From contig NC_068988.1 in the NCBI RefSeq assembly GCF_001194135.2, positions 5,415,306-5,479,305 of the forward strand: 64,000 nt of DNA, given 5' to 3'. Both the position numbers and the translations under genes were made by a program. The notes under the pieces were generated by a model. The model ran no database searches. It saw only the letters and a program-made list of their open reading frames with translations, and was not told the DNA's origin. This DNA comes from Octopus bimaculoides (lineage: Eukaryota). The stretch's first letter is position 1. The number at the start of each line of letters is the position of its first letter. Shown here piece after piece: positions 62,621 to 64,000 of this stretch.

Positions 62621-63089
62621 TGAAGCACAAGAAGCCAGCACCATTTTGTATGAGATCTCATCGGTAGCCATTACCATGTCTGAGACAGGAGCGAGATCTC
62701 ACCTGCACCCATTTGCCATATATGAGACGACAGCAAGACTCATCGGCAACGACTATTTAAGCAGGAGAATTAAGATATTCTTTCTCTTTCTTCCTTTTCA
62801 CTTACGCTGAGAAACACTGTGAAACTGGCAGCTCACTGCGGACTATTATCCTGCTCTAACTTCACCTGTTATCTCCAGAGGTAATGAACCTCACATGAAC
62901 GGAGCTATAACAAACCATGCGCTGCCATAAAGATGGTCACTGGGAACGAGAACTAAAAATAAACGACTATTGAATTACACTCTGCTTGTAAGCTTCTTTT
63001 TCGAGTTCCAGATCCTTAAGACTACAGAAATAATTGTAATGGCAGGAAATACTCCACAGGTGTCACAAGCCTTTAATTCCATTATAAAA

Positions 63090-63107
63090 TGGTGGCCCCG
63101 ACGTGAT
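63090..63107 (+). other. Putative LTR-retrotransposon primer binding site (tRNA-Trp)
   Basis: TGGTGGCCCCGACGTGAT is 17/18 complementary to the recalled tRNA-Trp 3' end (ATCACGTCGGGGTCACCA); adjacent LTR boundary not clean. Confidence 0.5.
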
Positions 63108-64000
63108 AAAGGATTTGCGGCAGCCGCAAGCTTTATCATTGTAGATGCCTCACCCAAACTACAGAATGGCAGTCTTTGCTCACATTCTCAACCAAATGAG
63201 CAAACATTCCATTATAAAATGGCTCACCTGACTTAGAACACGCATTTCTTTCTGTAGTTCAGTGCCAGCTTTCATTCTACTTTAATGACCAACTGTTCTT
63301 TCTAATTTCATCTCTTCGCTACAGAAATATCTTCCTTTTATCATCTATTTTGTCTCCCACGAAATGACTTGTGAGGGGTTATCTGTAGCATACATTTGAG
63401 TGAAATTCCTCTCCTCTCTATTATATATACATACATACGAACGTAGTAGATAACAGCTAGCCTTTGGCCGCATTTTGGACCCTGTTGTGTCCACTACTCT
63501 GATTGGTTGAGATTGGCGCAATTTGTCTCTTGCTCTATCGTGTGCCAATATACAACCCAACCAATCGCAGCCTTCAAATAAGGGGTCGCTTGTGACAGCC
63601 TGTTTTCTACCCAGCTTTGAACCAACAATTTCTTATAAAACTCCAGCTTCTTGTTTCAAGGTCTTTTGGTTCCAGACCTATTAAGGTCTAGTCACTGACC
63701 ACACAAGACACCACCAGTTCTAGCAACAGTACAACAGCAGCTACGTGGAGACTCACCAACTTTGTCCAACACCATTTGGCAACCTCTGTCTCTGTCACCA
63801 CTATTTGTCCTAACATCAACATCTCTCTACGTACTCACACTGGTTACAACACTGCACTGTTCATGAATTACTTCACCATGGATCAACAGCAAATATACAA
63901 CCTGCGAGAACACCTGTACCAAGTGACACAAGCAGCAGCATCACAGCCACAACTTCACATACAACATGTACCACTCTGGCTCTGCATCATCGCCACAACT

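Noticed and set aside
1-64000. CRISPR arrays, rRNA genes, prokaryotic operons
   Set aside because: None seen; the recurrent sequences are dispersed eukaryotic SINE/LINE copies, not repeat-spacer arrays.

Overview
AT-rich, repeat-dense eukaryotic genomic DNA. The tRNA-derived SINE families, (GAT)n-tailed RTE LINE ends and gene structure suggest a coleoid cephalopod such as Octopus; this is an inference, not checked. Three spliced housekeeping genes can be reconstructed by hand. (1) AMD1 (S-adenosylmethionine decarboxylase proenzyme), minus strand: 8 coding exons from ATG 37442 down to 16761 give 198 aa with an intact LS-E/S-SMF pyruvoyl site and KTCG. The 3' exons were not found and probably lie left of the window. 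(2) TRAPPC1/BET5, plus strand, 4 exons, 41790-47748, 143 aa, divergent from AMD1. (3) MED28, plus strand, 4 exons, 52478-58035, 202 aa. Both AMD1 and TRAPPC1 carry a minor-spliceosome (U12) intron: AT-AC in AMD1 (16842-19363) and GT-AG in TRAPPC1 (43751-46495). Each has plausible U2 splice sites nested just inside that would give a premature-stop isoform, a twintron-like arrangement. The region upstream of the AMD1 start has a start-stop uORF followed by a 38-codon uORF overlapping the main ATG, reminiscent of the plant tiny/small uORF polyamine sensor. The rest is decayed mariner/Tc1, pogo, hAT, piggyBac, Gypsy, RTE, CR1/L2-like and RLE elements, SINEs, several MITEs (two with telomere-repeat cores) and microsatellites. 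Almost all ORFs in the supplied track are spurious or transposon debris.
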